DNA of 64,000 nt, taken from Craspedostauros australis. Taxonomy: Eukaryota. Shown here in pieces: positions 10,741-21,160 of this stretch. Numbering within the stretch: the first letter of the stretch is position 1; every line of letters starts with the position of its first letter. Location: the NCBI GenBank assembly GCA_030167865.1, contig JALAGF010005473.1:1-64000 (forward strand). Direction: 5' to 3'. Below the pieces are notes generated by a model. It saw nothing but the letters and a program-made list of their open reading frames with translations, did not search any database and had not been told where the DNA came from. The position numbers and the translations under genes are program-made.

Positions 10741-13223
10741 AAGAATTACAGAGTTCTGTTTTGTGGGTCTTCGAAAACCGGGTCACTTCTGGACATAATT
10801 GACTGGTTGATACAGACGACCCATACGACTCCAGGGCACCACCCGCAGGAAGAAGACGGGAACGCAGCGGGAATGCAAGTCGTACGCACGACTCCCCAAC
10901 AGAGACCCGACACAACGGTTATAACGGCCACACATGGGCTGATCGCTTAAGTAATGACAATTCAAACCATGTGCGACAACGGCCATCTGATGGCAATGCG
11001 GAGCTCACAAAATGGACGACTGCGACGACAAAACCGAAACACAAGCAAAAATTCGGGAACACGGAATGCACTATCTTGAGTAGCATTACAAACCCGCCAG
11101 AAGAGATGCAATCGGATAGTGAAGCAAGATTAAGACCCGCTCCGAGCAAATGAGAAACAAAGGAGGCCAAACGCGAAGGATCGAGGAGTCCAAAACAGAA
11201 AGAAAGAAGAAAGAGAGAGTAAACAACAAAGCAGAGAAGCGACGGAACAGCGACGGTCGAAGCACCCACAATTTGGAAAAGACAACAGAATTGTCACACC
11301 TTCGCTTCGAAAGACGCTTCCTCCAACGCTTCAAAATTTTTAACCCACCTTCCCGCCCTTTGGGGATTCCAGCGCTCTCCCTCCAACCATGATCGAATCA
11401 GTCAACACCAACGCAAACAGCCGAGGCAGAGACCAGAGACGAACTTGGCCAGGAGGGATCGAGCCGGATGATCCAAGGCAAGCTTGGAGGTGCTAGTAAA
11501 CCTACCACCCAACGCAGACAAAAGCTATGTGACTATGGATTAGCCCGAATCTTCGACTGATTCGACTATGAGTAAAACCACCAAAGAAGATCAATGTTTG
11601 CGTGGACGTTTGTCGAAGCACAACGAATGCGAGAGATCGTTGATGGTCAAACCCAAGTGGTTCGAAATGGTCGTTCAGTGTTTCTGTTGGCCTGAGCGGT
11701 CTTTCGGCTCGAGTCTGCCTCCAACAACTCGACTTCAGTCACAATCAACACCACATCAATTTGAAGCAAACAACGTGAAAGTCTCTGGAGACAGAGAGAC
11801 AGAGGGAGCTGCCATCACCACGGGCCACGCTTGCTTGCGTCATCGTGGCATCTGCAAGACCACCGACGCTCGTCCGCCTACCATCACAAGCACCAACTTG
11901 AGGTTCGAACCAATGCCTCGAACAACGATGAAGCCACTGATGTGACTGCGTTTGTTGGTTGCCTTTGTTGGCCGCGACCCATCCCATTTGGATTTGGCTG
12001 GTTGCCATCCCACCGCATTGCAACCATCACCATCCGCACAGGCAATAAGAGTCCTCAACATCCAACCAACACCCCATTGCGTATTGGGATGAGGTGATAC
12101 CGTGCCGCCTCCACTGTTCCTGCCGCACGGACCACCAACATACAATACCATGCGCATTCTATCTTGAGGCATGAGCGCCGCCGTCTTGGCTCGTGACTTC
12201 CAGAGCATCGATGCTCCATCAAGGCGATCGACAGGAACATCCACCTCACGAATGAAGTTGGGAGCACCACGAAGGAGGACATGTGGGTGTACGGTATCCA
12301 TGGGCCATGGATCGCTGGCCGTGTGCTTCTTGTACCAAAATGGATCTCTGTGTCAACCATGATCCGCAATACAGTACTTGCACTCTGCATGGGGTTGCTG
12401 GTTGGTTCGTTGGTTCGTTGGTTGGTTGATTTCTTCTCTTGCTCGTCAAGCTCTCTGGATGCTTGGACTGCGCTGGCTCGTCAATTCTTGTCCTTCCGCC
12501 ACGCTGGCACTGATCGCTTCGAAGATTGGAATGGATGGTGACCCTGGCATTTGTTGCTCCAACGGCGAGTGATCAGTCCTCCTGGGACTTGGCAAGGGTC
12601 TCGACTGCAGTTTTGGCACAATGGTGGGAGTGCAACTCCTGGAGCGATGAGGACAATAGGGCGATACGGGACGGTCGATGGAATCGCGTAGCAACCATGC
12701 TCCTCGTGGCTTCTCACCATTTCCCTCTGCCTTGTTCGCCATGTGTTCTTCGTAGATCGCCTCTTCCACAAACTTGGATCGGCTGGCATCGGCACTGTCG
12801 CTTTCAATCTGCTTGGCAGTGTGACTTCGAGTAGAGTGCTCTGTGTGTGAATCCGGCGGCACGGCGACGACCGCACGGCTTGTGAAAATGGTGCTGCCAT
12901 GCATCCTTTGTCTGCGCAAGGAATTAACAACGATGCTGATGGCGGAGTATGGATGGAACCACGGACGTCCAATCTGCTCGTGAATGACATTGGCAACATC
13001 CCTGTGTGCGTTTGTACTGCAGAGAGCAGACCAGACTAGTCGTAGACAAGGCGGAGGCAGCATGGGAGCAGTACCCAGCCCTTCCATCTCTTGGAACATC
13101 CAGTGCCTTCATCACAGCGTTCTATTGCACGAGCAGATAAAGTGCATGCGGTACTGTTCCAACCATACAGATTATAGAGCATTACAGTCTATTCGTAGGT
13201 GTATTACATACAGGGATGTGGAT

Positions 13224-15651
13224 CTACCACACCGTCAGGAGTATGATACGAGTACGGAGCGGCCCACACATCTCATTCCATCCCATCGTGTCGTGATGCA
13301 TCACGGGTGGGAGTTTGGTACCATTCATCGAGCGATCGCAGTACTGAGACGCGCTCTTGCTCCTGACCGCTTTCTTTGGTGTGAGTTGCAGTGGCTTTGT
13401 GCCAGATATCTTCTCATGGTAGACAGCATCGCGTGTCGACGATCTGCTTCGTCCACGATGATTTGATTGAAGGGCCTGCGTGATGACGAACGTTTGTTGC
13501 CATGCTGTTGTTTGCAATGCCGTCCATCTTCATCTCTCTCATTGTTGTGCCGTTCGACGCTGTAATTTCGATATCCTCTTGATCTGCTTCGTTGTCGCGC
13601 CGATGGTGATCGTTCATCGGAGGACTTCCTTCGCTGATCTTCGTCGCGTGGTGTCGATTGGCTACGGCCACGTTGATTTGGTCTTCGCGAACTTCCTCGG
13701 GCATGCTTTCGGGAAGGTGAGCCCTTGGGCCGTTGCAAACCAGTCCCAGCGGAGTGCGCATTTGAATTGGTTTCGCGTGAACGCGAGGCTGCGTTCATAT
13801 CATCCGAACTGCCAGATGTTCGTTGTCTCTGCGATGATGGTGATGAGTCCATCGATAGTTGCGCAGTTCTTCTACAACAGCGATCGGACGGCTTTCGGCG
13901 ACTCCGCGCCGATGGCGAGCGGCGGCTTCTTCCAGAAGAGGAAGTGTGAAATTCTCCGTCACGACGATGACGCAATGATGTCGAATGCTCCACACTCTTT
14001 GATCTTGACGATGTCGAGTGCAGCTTGCCACTGGTGTGCTGTGCGCTTCTCCGCCAATGCCGTGGCGATGGTGATATCGATGGTAATATCAATGGCGATG
14101 GTGATGACACGTCTCTTGTTTTGCTGGAGTGGTGATGTCGGGGCCCATTGCCAAGCACCTTGGAGATCCTTTCCTTGATCGCTTCTCATCACACAGACCA
14201 CCCGTGCTTCGTCCGCGTGAACGTCGTTGCTTTGAGTCTTCGCTTGGGCGCAACGAACTGCGTGCGGATCTGTTGCGAGAAGGAGCCACCTGGTCCTTCT
14301 TGCTCGATTTCAATTCGATTCCCAAACTCAAGGCTCCAGGACTGGATGAGGCTTGGGGTGCGGTCGAGACACCTCCTTGTTCGCGCTCGCGTTCGAATCG
14401 TTGAAGATTGAGTTTGGATTTGGACTGTGTTAATGATGGCGACGATGATGGTGCCTTTGCGGATGCTTTGGTCAAGGCAAGATCAGCCAATTGCGATGGT
14501 CGAGATTCGAGAGATGGTCGTTGCATCGATTTGCCGGGATTTGTTGACGACACTTCACGTCATGATGATTGTTTGGCCTTGAGGATGCTTTCTGACGTCG
14601 ACCTGCGCTTGTTCAACAATGAAGATTGTTGTCTCTATTCATGTGTGTGGCTGAAGGGGAAGGGGGCTGGTGTAGATGCCGCGCTCTGACCTCCAGGCGT
14701 GACAGGGACCACAGAGCTTCTCCCACCGTTCGTTGCAGCAGCACTTGTCGCAACATCGACGCTGCCATCATCGTCGTCGTGGAGACTTGGCAGATTGGAC
14801 AGTGACTCCAGGCTCTTGCTGCGTGACTTCTTCGATCTTGCAACTCGAGATAGATCCGGGATGCTGGCTGCACTCATCGCGCCTGGTGTGTCTGATGTGT
14901 ATGTTGTGCCTGGCATGTTGTGTCCGTCCTTCAAGAATTTCAAGGATTCCAAACTCTTGCTCCTCGATTTGTCGCTGCTGGTCGTTCCGTTGGAATTCGG
15001 TTGTGGCCTTGGCCTACGTCTCCAACTCTGGGCAACCTTCGTCTTGTCTTGGTTGATCCGTTCATGGGTCGCGCCGAGTGCTGGGACTGTGGCGAAGCTG
15101 AGTCCATCTGGGGTGTTTATGGCCGGTATCGATTTGTTGGTGTTGAACTTGCTGGGATCAAGGGAGCTGAATGACATCTCGTGAGCTTGCATGTCGAGCA
15201 TGTCCAGACTCTTCGCATGTGATCGTTTCACAGCCGAAGCTTTCGCATCTTTGGCTGCACTTCTATTGGCGCTGCTCGGTGTATCTGTGCTGACACTCGC
15301 ACGACCACCTGATTTTGCGGCTGCTCTGGCTTCTTTGGCAACGCCAGTGGGCTTGCTCGCCTTCGATTTTGTATCGGCCTGCTGCGGTTGCGGTTGCGGT
15401 TGCTTGGTCTCCGTTTGTTTCTCCGCTATCCATCTGACCCCGTCCTCTTCCAGCAACTTCGATCGTCATGACCTCATGACCGCACGAAGGTTCGAACAGA
15501 GTATCAGGCTGGACGCCCTGCTGTGGCAACTCCCAGAGTAGATCGTACTCATGGAAGGTTCGATACTCATAGTCGTACGACGAGTGGGTAAAGATGCGGA
15601 GCAACTGGCGAGCCTTCCCACAATGCCTCTTGGATGTCGATGCGCCATCAT
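13224..15651 (-). pseudogene. Decayed gene for a long Ser/Arg-rich low-complexity protein
   Basis: ORFs 15651-15466, 15456-14635 and 14553-14089 share one frame, broken by TGA (15466), TAG (14635) and TGA (14560). Frameshifts near 14190 and ~13500 link to ORFs 14158-13325 and 13517-13224. Internal repeat (K/R)SxSKSLESL. Confidence 0.55.
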
Positions 15652-15660
15652 CTTGTCTGA

Positions 15661-15722
15661 TTGTTTGTGTTTGTGTTTGTGTTGGTGTTGGTGTTTGTGT
15701 TGGTGTTTGTGTTTGTGTTTGT
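15661..15722. repeat. (TTGTGT/TTGGTG)n hexamer microsatellite
   Basis: Directly visible tandem hexamers. Confidence 0.9.
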
Positions 15723-15969
15723 GGTATCAATGTGAAGGGATGCGGCATCGTTGGAGTGGTCGCCATCACCCTCACAATCATCGAACAGAGTTGCGTTGCA
15801 TGAAGACAACAGCGAGATGTTGGTTGTGGGTGTTTGTGTGTGGTACTGGTTGAATGAAGCACGGACGGCAGACAGACGAATACCACCAAACGCGCCAAAA
15901 ATTCTTGACACCACCCAAAACAACGAATCTTCGATTTTGCGTCGTGATCCATCAAACGACTTCAACACA

Positions 15970-16005
15970 AAGAGAGAGAGAGAGAGAGAGAGAGTGAGAG
16001 AGAGA
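15970..16005. repeat. (GA)n microsatellite
   Basis: Directly visible. Confidence 0.9.
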
Positions 16006-16115
16006 TGAAATGGTATGACCATGTTTGCATTGATGGAGGTATCACCCAACACTGAGACATTGTCTGTCAAGCAACGAAGCAATGAAGTAATCAAGCAAGC
16101 GGCGGCTGCACAAAT

Positions 16116-16922
16116 ATGGCACACCAACCAGAATCAACAAAGGCGGCCATGGCAAGAGACGATGATGCCGATGATGATGCTGATGATGATGATCATGCCG
16201 ATGGTGAATGACGAGCAGTGATGAACAGCGATCTCAAACTTGTCGCATCACTCAGCGACATCAGAAAGGAAGATATCAAACCAACTGCTCCGGATTAGAG
16301 ACGAGCTTGGGACATGGGCAATGGCAGCGCCAACAACAGAACCAACTGTAATGGCAAGACATGTCATGGCCCATGGTGCGGTCTGGATTCAAGTCATCAG
16401 CAGCAGGATCCACGCACATAAACGTCCGATGCGCTGTCGGCAACGGAGATTCAGCACATGCTGGACGGGTGCATCCGGGAGATCGGCCGCAGCGACTTCT
16501 TTCGAGACCTGCAGAGCCATCAGCTCGGAGATATTCCTCAGGTGCAACAACACGCACCACAACCAGGCACGCCTGTTCATGCCGATGCTCGAAGCGGTGC
16601 GTCGCAGCCACAAACCGCAAACGATGAGACAGAGGCACTGTCTCGTCACATCCACAGATGAGAGATATCGTGTGCAATGACATCGGCAACTTCTCCCATT
16701 GCTCGTCATCTTTGTCGGCCGTACCTATCGAAAACCATGCAACCGCTGGCATACGCTTGTGCCCTGCGTGACATCATGCACGAACTGCAGCACCACCAAC
16801 AACAACAAGCTGACAGTCGCAGTACGCTCCACTTCATCAAGTTGGATTCGATTCCAACAAGCCATGCATGATGCCCGCGGGGTCCGCCGTCGTTTCCCAC
16901 GCAGCTCCTTCCACACCAATGA
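16116..16922 (+). pseudogene. Possible decayed gene with a poly-Asp N-terminus
   Basis: One frame from ATG 16116 reads MAHQPEST...DDDADDDADDDD...EIQHMLDGCIREIGRSDFFRDL...LRDIMHELQHHQQQQ, with stops at 16209, 16296, 16419, 16659, 16869 and 16920. Stop density is only modestly below random. Confidence 0.3.
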
Positions 16923-17357
16923 AACCAACGAACGAACGAACGCGGAAACCATACTATATGATCGGCAATGACGACCACGACAATAACAACAGTGGCTGAA
17001 CCATCTTCTTCATGTCATATTGACCAGTGATGCTGCACGCCAACGTGCCGTGCGCCAACCGGGATCCTCTGCAATTCATGCACAGAAGACCATGCGTATC
17101 TCGCGGATTAGCCAGACCGTGCTGCGAACGACATGGGAGTGCATGGGGCAGCATGTTGTGTGGATCACCAAAGGCGACGGTCAAGGCATGCCGGACGCAC
17201 CATTGAATGATTGGATCTCAAGTTGCTCCAGCTCCTTTCACACAGTTACTGTCCTAATGACTATTCTGATGACTAGTCTTATCCATCAACTCAATTCTGT
17301 CATGCGTTCACTTCTCCAAGACTGCTGTTATGGTGTGGCATGGCATGGTCTGGCGCT

Positions 17358-18221
17358 TCACTCCTCTTCTTCAGCAGCACCGTCCGTCTCAATCATTTTG
17401 GATGATTTGGTAGTCAAAGAGCAGACGAAGTCCACCAATGTCGCCCGATCCATGTATGAATCCGCTTGTGCTGCACCCTCGTCCTCATCTATGACCTTGT
17501 GCAACTCCACCATGGACATACGAGTGCACTCGTCATCATTACCATCACTCTCGGCTCTCCCACTGCAAAACACCTGGATCTCCGTCATCAGTTGGGGTTG
17601 TAGAATCAGTTTGCTTAAATCTAGATGAGTGAACATATCTTTCTCACTTTCAGCTGCCATTCTCATTGCTGCATCCTTCAACACCACACAGTTGTGTTGA
17701 TCGGCGAATATCAATGCACCTATCATGGTGCCCTTGGTGAGATGCTTGTGGACCAACTCTGCTTCAAGAACAAGCTTGAGTAGCCAGAAGCCGATCTCGT
17801 TGGCCACCAGGATCAGCTGTTGCAGATTATGCTGTCCATTGAGGGTGGGAGTTGGCTGGTGAGAGGCATCTGTATCGTGGTGAGCGCTGGTGTGAGCGCT
17901 GGTGTGAGCGCCGACGCGAGCAGCAGCGTTGTCACGAACGCTGTCATGAAAGGATATCTTGGCTGTGTAGATGCATTGGAGGACGTATNNNNNNNNNNNN
18001 NNNNNNNNNNNNNNNNNNNNNNNNNNNNNNNNNNNNNNGTCATGAAAGGATATCTTGGCTGTGTAGATGCATTGGAGGACGTATCGGACGTGTTTTGGTT
18101 GAAGGTTGGGAAGAGGGATGGTTGTTTGGATGGGGGCTGCACCGTCGTCAGTGCCATCATTCGTGTGGTGATGTTGGATTCCTTTGTCGATCAGTGTCTC
18201 AATGGATGGGACAGCGATCAT
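17358..18221 (-). CDS. BTB/POZ (+BACK-like) domain ORF of ankyrin-BTB locus 3 (spans an N-gap); frameshifted from the ankyrin ORF
   Basis: IPLPNLQPKHVRYVLQCIYT...LILVANEIGFWLLKLVLEAEL...ALIFADQHNCVVLKDAAM. The frame stays open upstream to ~18328 (FQTENRPDTIFVCGQ), homologous to locus 1 LRAEAITDVSFLYGQ. Confidence 0.8.
   Translation of the reverse strand: MIAVPSIETLIDKGIQHHHTNDGTDDGAAPIQTTIPLPNLQPKHVRYVLQCIYTAKISFHDXXXXXXXXXXXXXXXXXYVLQCIYTAKISFHDSVRDNAAARVGAHTSAHTSAHHDTDASHQPTPTLNGQHNLQQLILVANEIGFWLLKLVLEAELVHKHLTKGTMIGALIFADQHNCVVLKDAAMRMAAESEKDMFTHLDLSKLILQPQLMTEIQVFCSGRAESDGNDDECTRMSMVELHKVIDEDEGAAQADSYMDRATLVDFVCSLTTKSSKMIETDGAAEEEE
17989..18038. other. Assembly gap (50 N) flanked by an identical 46-bp duplication
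   Basis: 17943-17988 is identical to 18039-18084, consistent with unmerged overlapping contig ends. Confidence 0.9.
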
Positions 18222-19306
18222 AAGGGCTTCGGCGTTTGTCTTGGTTGGTTGTTGTCGGTCGTCCTGTCCACATACGAAGATGGTGTCTGGCCTGTTCTCG
18301 GTTTGGAAGGATCTGAGCTGTCTTCTTCAATGTTGATTTTGGTCCTCTTGTGGCTGCTGTGTTTGCGTTCATTCTCTTGCTTCTTTCGCTTCAACTGCTG
18401 TCCCAACTGTTCTTGTGGCTGTTCATTTGCTTGCTCGTTTTGTTGTAAGCGTTGCTGCAGTTGTTGCAGTTGTGGGTGAACTGAAGGCGAAAGTCCTCTG
18501 ATGAGGGACTCGATACACTCCAGATCGTCGTTGTCGCATGCGAGATGAAGGGGAGTGTGGCCATTGTTGTTTTGGCAGTCGATGTTCCCCCCACATGATT
18601 CGATGAGGTACTCCACACACTCCAGGTGACCCTTGTCACAAGCCTGATGAAGGGGAGTGGAACCACCGTTGTCTTTGCAGTTGATGTTCGCCTCACATGA
18701 TTCGATGAGGTACTCCACACACTCCAGGTGGTCGAACATGCATGCCTGATGAAGGGGAGTGCGGCCATCGTTGTTTTTGCAGTTGGCATTCGCCCCACAT
18801 GATTCGATGAGGTACTTCACACACTCCAGCTTGCCGTTCATGCATGCCACATGAAGGGGAGTGAAACCATAGTTGCTTTTGCAGTTGGCATTCGCCCCAC
18901 ATGATTCGATGAGGTACTTCACACACTTCAGCTTGACGTTGTGGCATGCCTCATGAAGGGGAGTGTAACCTTGTTTGTTTTTGCAGTTGACGTTCGCTCC
19001 ACCTGATTCGATGAGGTACTCCACACACTCCAGGTGGCCGTTGTAGCATGCATAATGAAGGGGAGTCCAACCATAGTTGTCTTCGCAGTTGATGTTCGCC
19101 TCACATGATTCGATGAGGTATTTCACACACTCCAGGTGGCCGTTGGAGCATGCCAGATGAAGGGGAGTGGAACCAAACTGGTTTGTAACCTTGTTGACAT
19201 CAACTCCTTTCGTCTGTGTAGTGTTCTGCTTCTTCCATTCCTTCAACACACACAAGTCACCTCTGAAGGAAGCATCACGGAGTTGTTGCTTCGTGACATT
19301 CGGCAT
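18218..19306 (-). CDS. Ankyrin-repeat protein, locus 3 (N-cap, 6 full repeats and 1 terminal repeat, Q-rich coil)
   Basis: Same N-cap and repeat consensus as loci 1 and 2. The stop overlaps the BTB ATG (ATGA at 18221-18218). Confidence 0.9.
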   Translation of the reverse strand: MPNVTKQQLRDASFRGDLCVLKEWKKQNTTQTKGVDVNKVTNQFGSTPLHLACSNGHLECVKYLIESCEANINCEDNYGWTPLHYACYNGHLECVEYLIESGGANVNCKNKQGYTPLHEACHNVKLKCVKYLIESCGANANCKSNYGFTPLHVACMNGKLECVKYLIESCGANANCKNNDGRTPLHQACMFDHLECVEYLIESCEANINCKDNGGSTPLHQACDKGHLECVEYLIESCGGNIDCQNNNGHTPLHLACDNDDLECIESLIRGLSPSVHPQLQQLQQRLQQNEQANEQPQEQLGQQLKRKKQENERKHSSHKRTKINIEEDSSDPSKPRTGQTPSSYVDRTTDNNQPRQTPKPL

Positions 19307-19650
19307 TTTGACAGGATGGTCGATGGTTGCTGGACGATTGATGTTGGATTGGCTGTCGAGGAAGTGTGCAGTCTGAGCAATTATACCTTTGGCAGAGATA
19401 TCGATGGTGTGTCTTTAATAGCTTGTATTAGTATGAGTACGAGTAGCATGCACTGTGTGATGAATATGAGTGGCACTTCGATGTCTGTTCTTGATGTGCT
19501 CGAGTGTGGGGTTGAGTGGTGTGTGCTGTTGCCTGCGTTTGCCTCCTTCTCTTGATCGCACACCCCTCTGGTTCGTGCGGTTTGGATCCTTCTGTCCCCA
19601 TCCAGCACGAAAATGCGTGCGACCAACAACAAGGAAGGAAGGAAACACGT
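19307..19650 (-). repeat. Upstream/5'UTR segment shared by the three ankyrin loci (copy 3)
   Basis: Homologous to the upstream regions of loci 1 and 2. Confidence 0.8.
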
Positions 19651-21160
19651 CCCCACCACAACAAAGTCGTGTCTCGCACACCGCTGAAACCCGAGCCCTC
19701 GACTGGTACGACTGGGATGAAGGCCATCGAAGAAGATCGAAGGGTTGTGTTGGATCCATGTAGTCGTAAGGAAAAGGTGGAAACCCAAAGGAGACCCAAA
19801 ACTATGTACATCCATCGGTCCATAAAACCTGAAAAAGGACCAACCGCAGAACTTCAATGGATCATCGTATGTTTAGATCTACAAGGATTACAAGTATGTG
19901 CTTAGTTTGAAAATCCCAGCAGAAATGCACGGCGGTTCATTTCAAAGTGCAGGTCGACTCGCTCGAGGGGCTCCTAGTACAGCAGAACAGGACAGAGTGG
20001 GCTAGAGGGGTGGCCGCTATTGCACTCGTACGAGCTGCCATACACTGTCATAAACTCTATAGCTCGTACGATCTATTATACCTACAAGCACGCGCATGAT
20101 GGCATAGTTGATCAATCCAATCCAATGCCATCATCATCTTCCTCTTCTCCTTTTCCTTCTCCGTTGCGCGGCTGTGTCCTCGTTTGGGATGTCGGTGGTT
20201 GGCTGGTTGTCCCTCTTTTGTTTGAATCTGTTGCGGTTGGCTATCTTCAACTCGTGTTTGGTTGATGTCATGTCGAGAAGCATGAATAATGTAGTATGAT
20301 TGGACAACGACCGTCACAATACGACACAAAAGCGACACGACGACAGGCTAGTTTTTCTTCGCCAGGCGTCCCCATTTTTTGACGACAATAATGTCAAGCA
20401 GGTAGTCCACTGCAAATACGTGTCACAGCGTAACCGCCAAATTTTTTGTGCAACGTGGCCGGAAGCGCAGGTACTGAATTGTGTTGTTGGTTGTTTTGAC
20501 GCCCATTTTGAAACTCTCGTGTGTTTGCAAGCAGACTTTGTCCATTTGGTGGGACAAGTTGGAGGGACAAGAGAGAGAGAGAGTGTGGGTGCGAGAGTGG
20601 GACGATCCTTGAGTGATGTTGAGAGAGAAAGTGAGAGCTGACCGCATCGAGAAAGACGCAGAGGCCGGTTCCACAAAGTCAACGCAACGCATCAAAGAGA
20701 GAGAGAGAGAGGCAAGAACGGCATCAAGAAAGAAGGGACATTCCACAAGCACGAGCAACAGCACCAATTCGTCGCCTGTGCGGATACGACCAAGACAGAG
20801 GCAGAAGACGTCTGCACGAACAGAGGTGTGTGGGGAGGGCAGAGGTGTGCTGCCGTTCTTCCACGATCGTGGACGATCTCATTGCGTGACCAGGGCGAAG
20901 GCGCTCGGTTTGCCAGAGAGGCATACTCGATTTGAGCAGCGTCCTCGCAATATAGCATTACATCATATACTAGTGACTGCAGAGCGACGAGGAGATACAC
21001 GCAAGCAGACCAAGACAAGCCAGGACGGTCGTGGAAGGAGCACTCTATTGGAGCATACATCATATATTGGAGCATAGTGCATATATTGGAGCACGCAGCC
21101 ATCACAATACTGATACAATACTGATACAATACTGATTCTATTGATACTCAAGAAAGCAGA

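Noticed and set aside
12446..13099. Faint copine-like words (LCQNCSRDPCQV, IPIFEAI) suggesting a copine pseudogene
   Set aside because: The matches are short, lie in different frames and are wrongly spaced. They cannot be distinguished from chance without an alignment.
17943..18084. Apparent duplication of YVLQCIYTAKISFHD inside the BTB ORF
   Set aside because: The identical 46-bp copies flank a 50-N gap, which points to a scaffolding artifact.
18226..18275. Possible GTATGT...AG mini-intron that could fuse ankyrin and BTB at locus 3
   Set aside because: It is only about 49 nt, gives the wrong phase, and would delete the first BTB strand.
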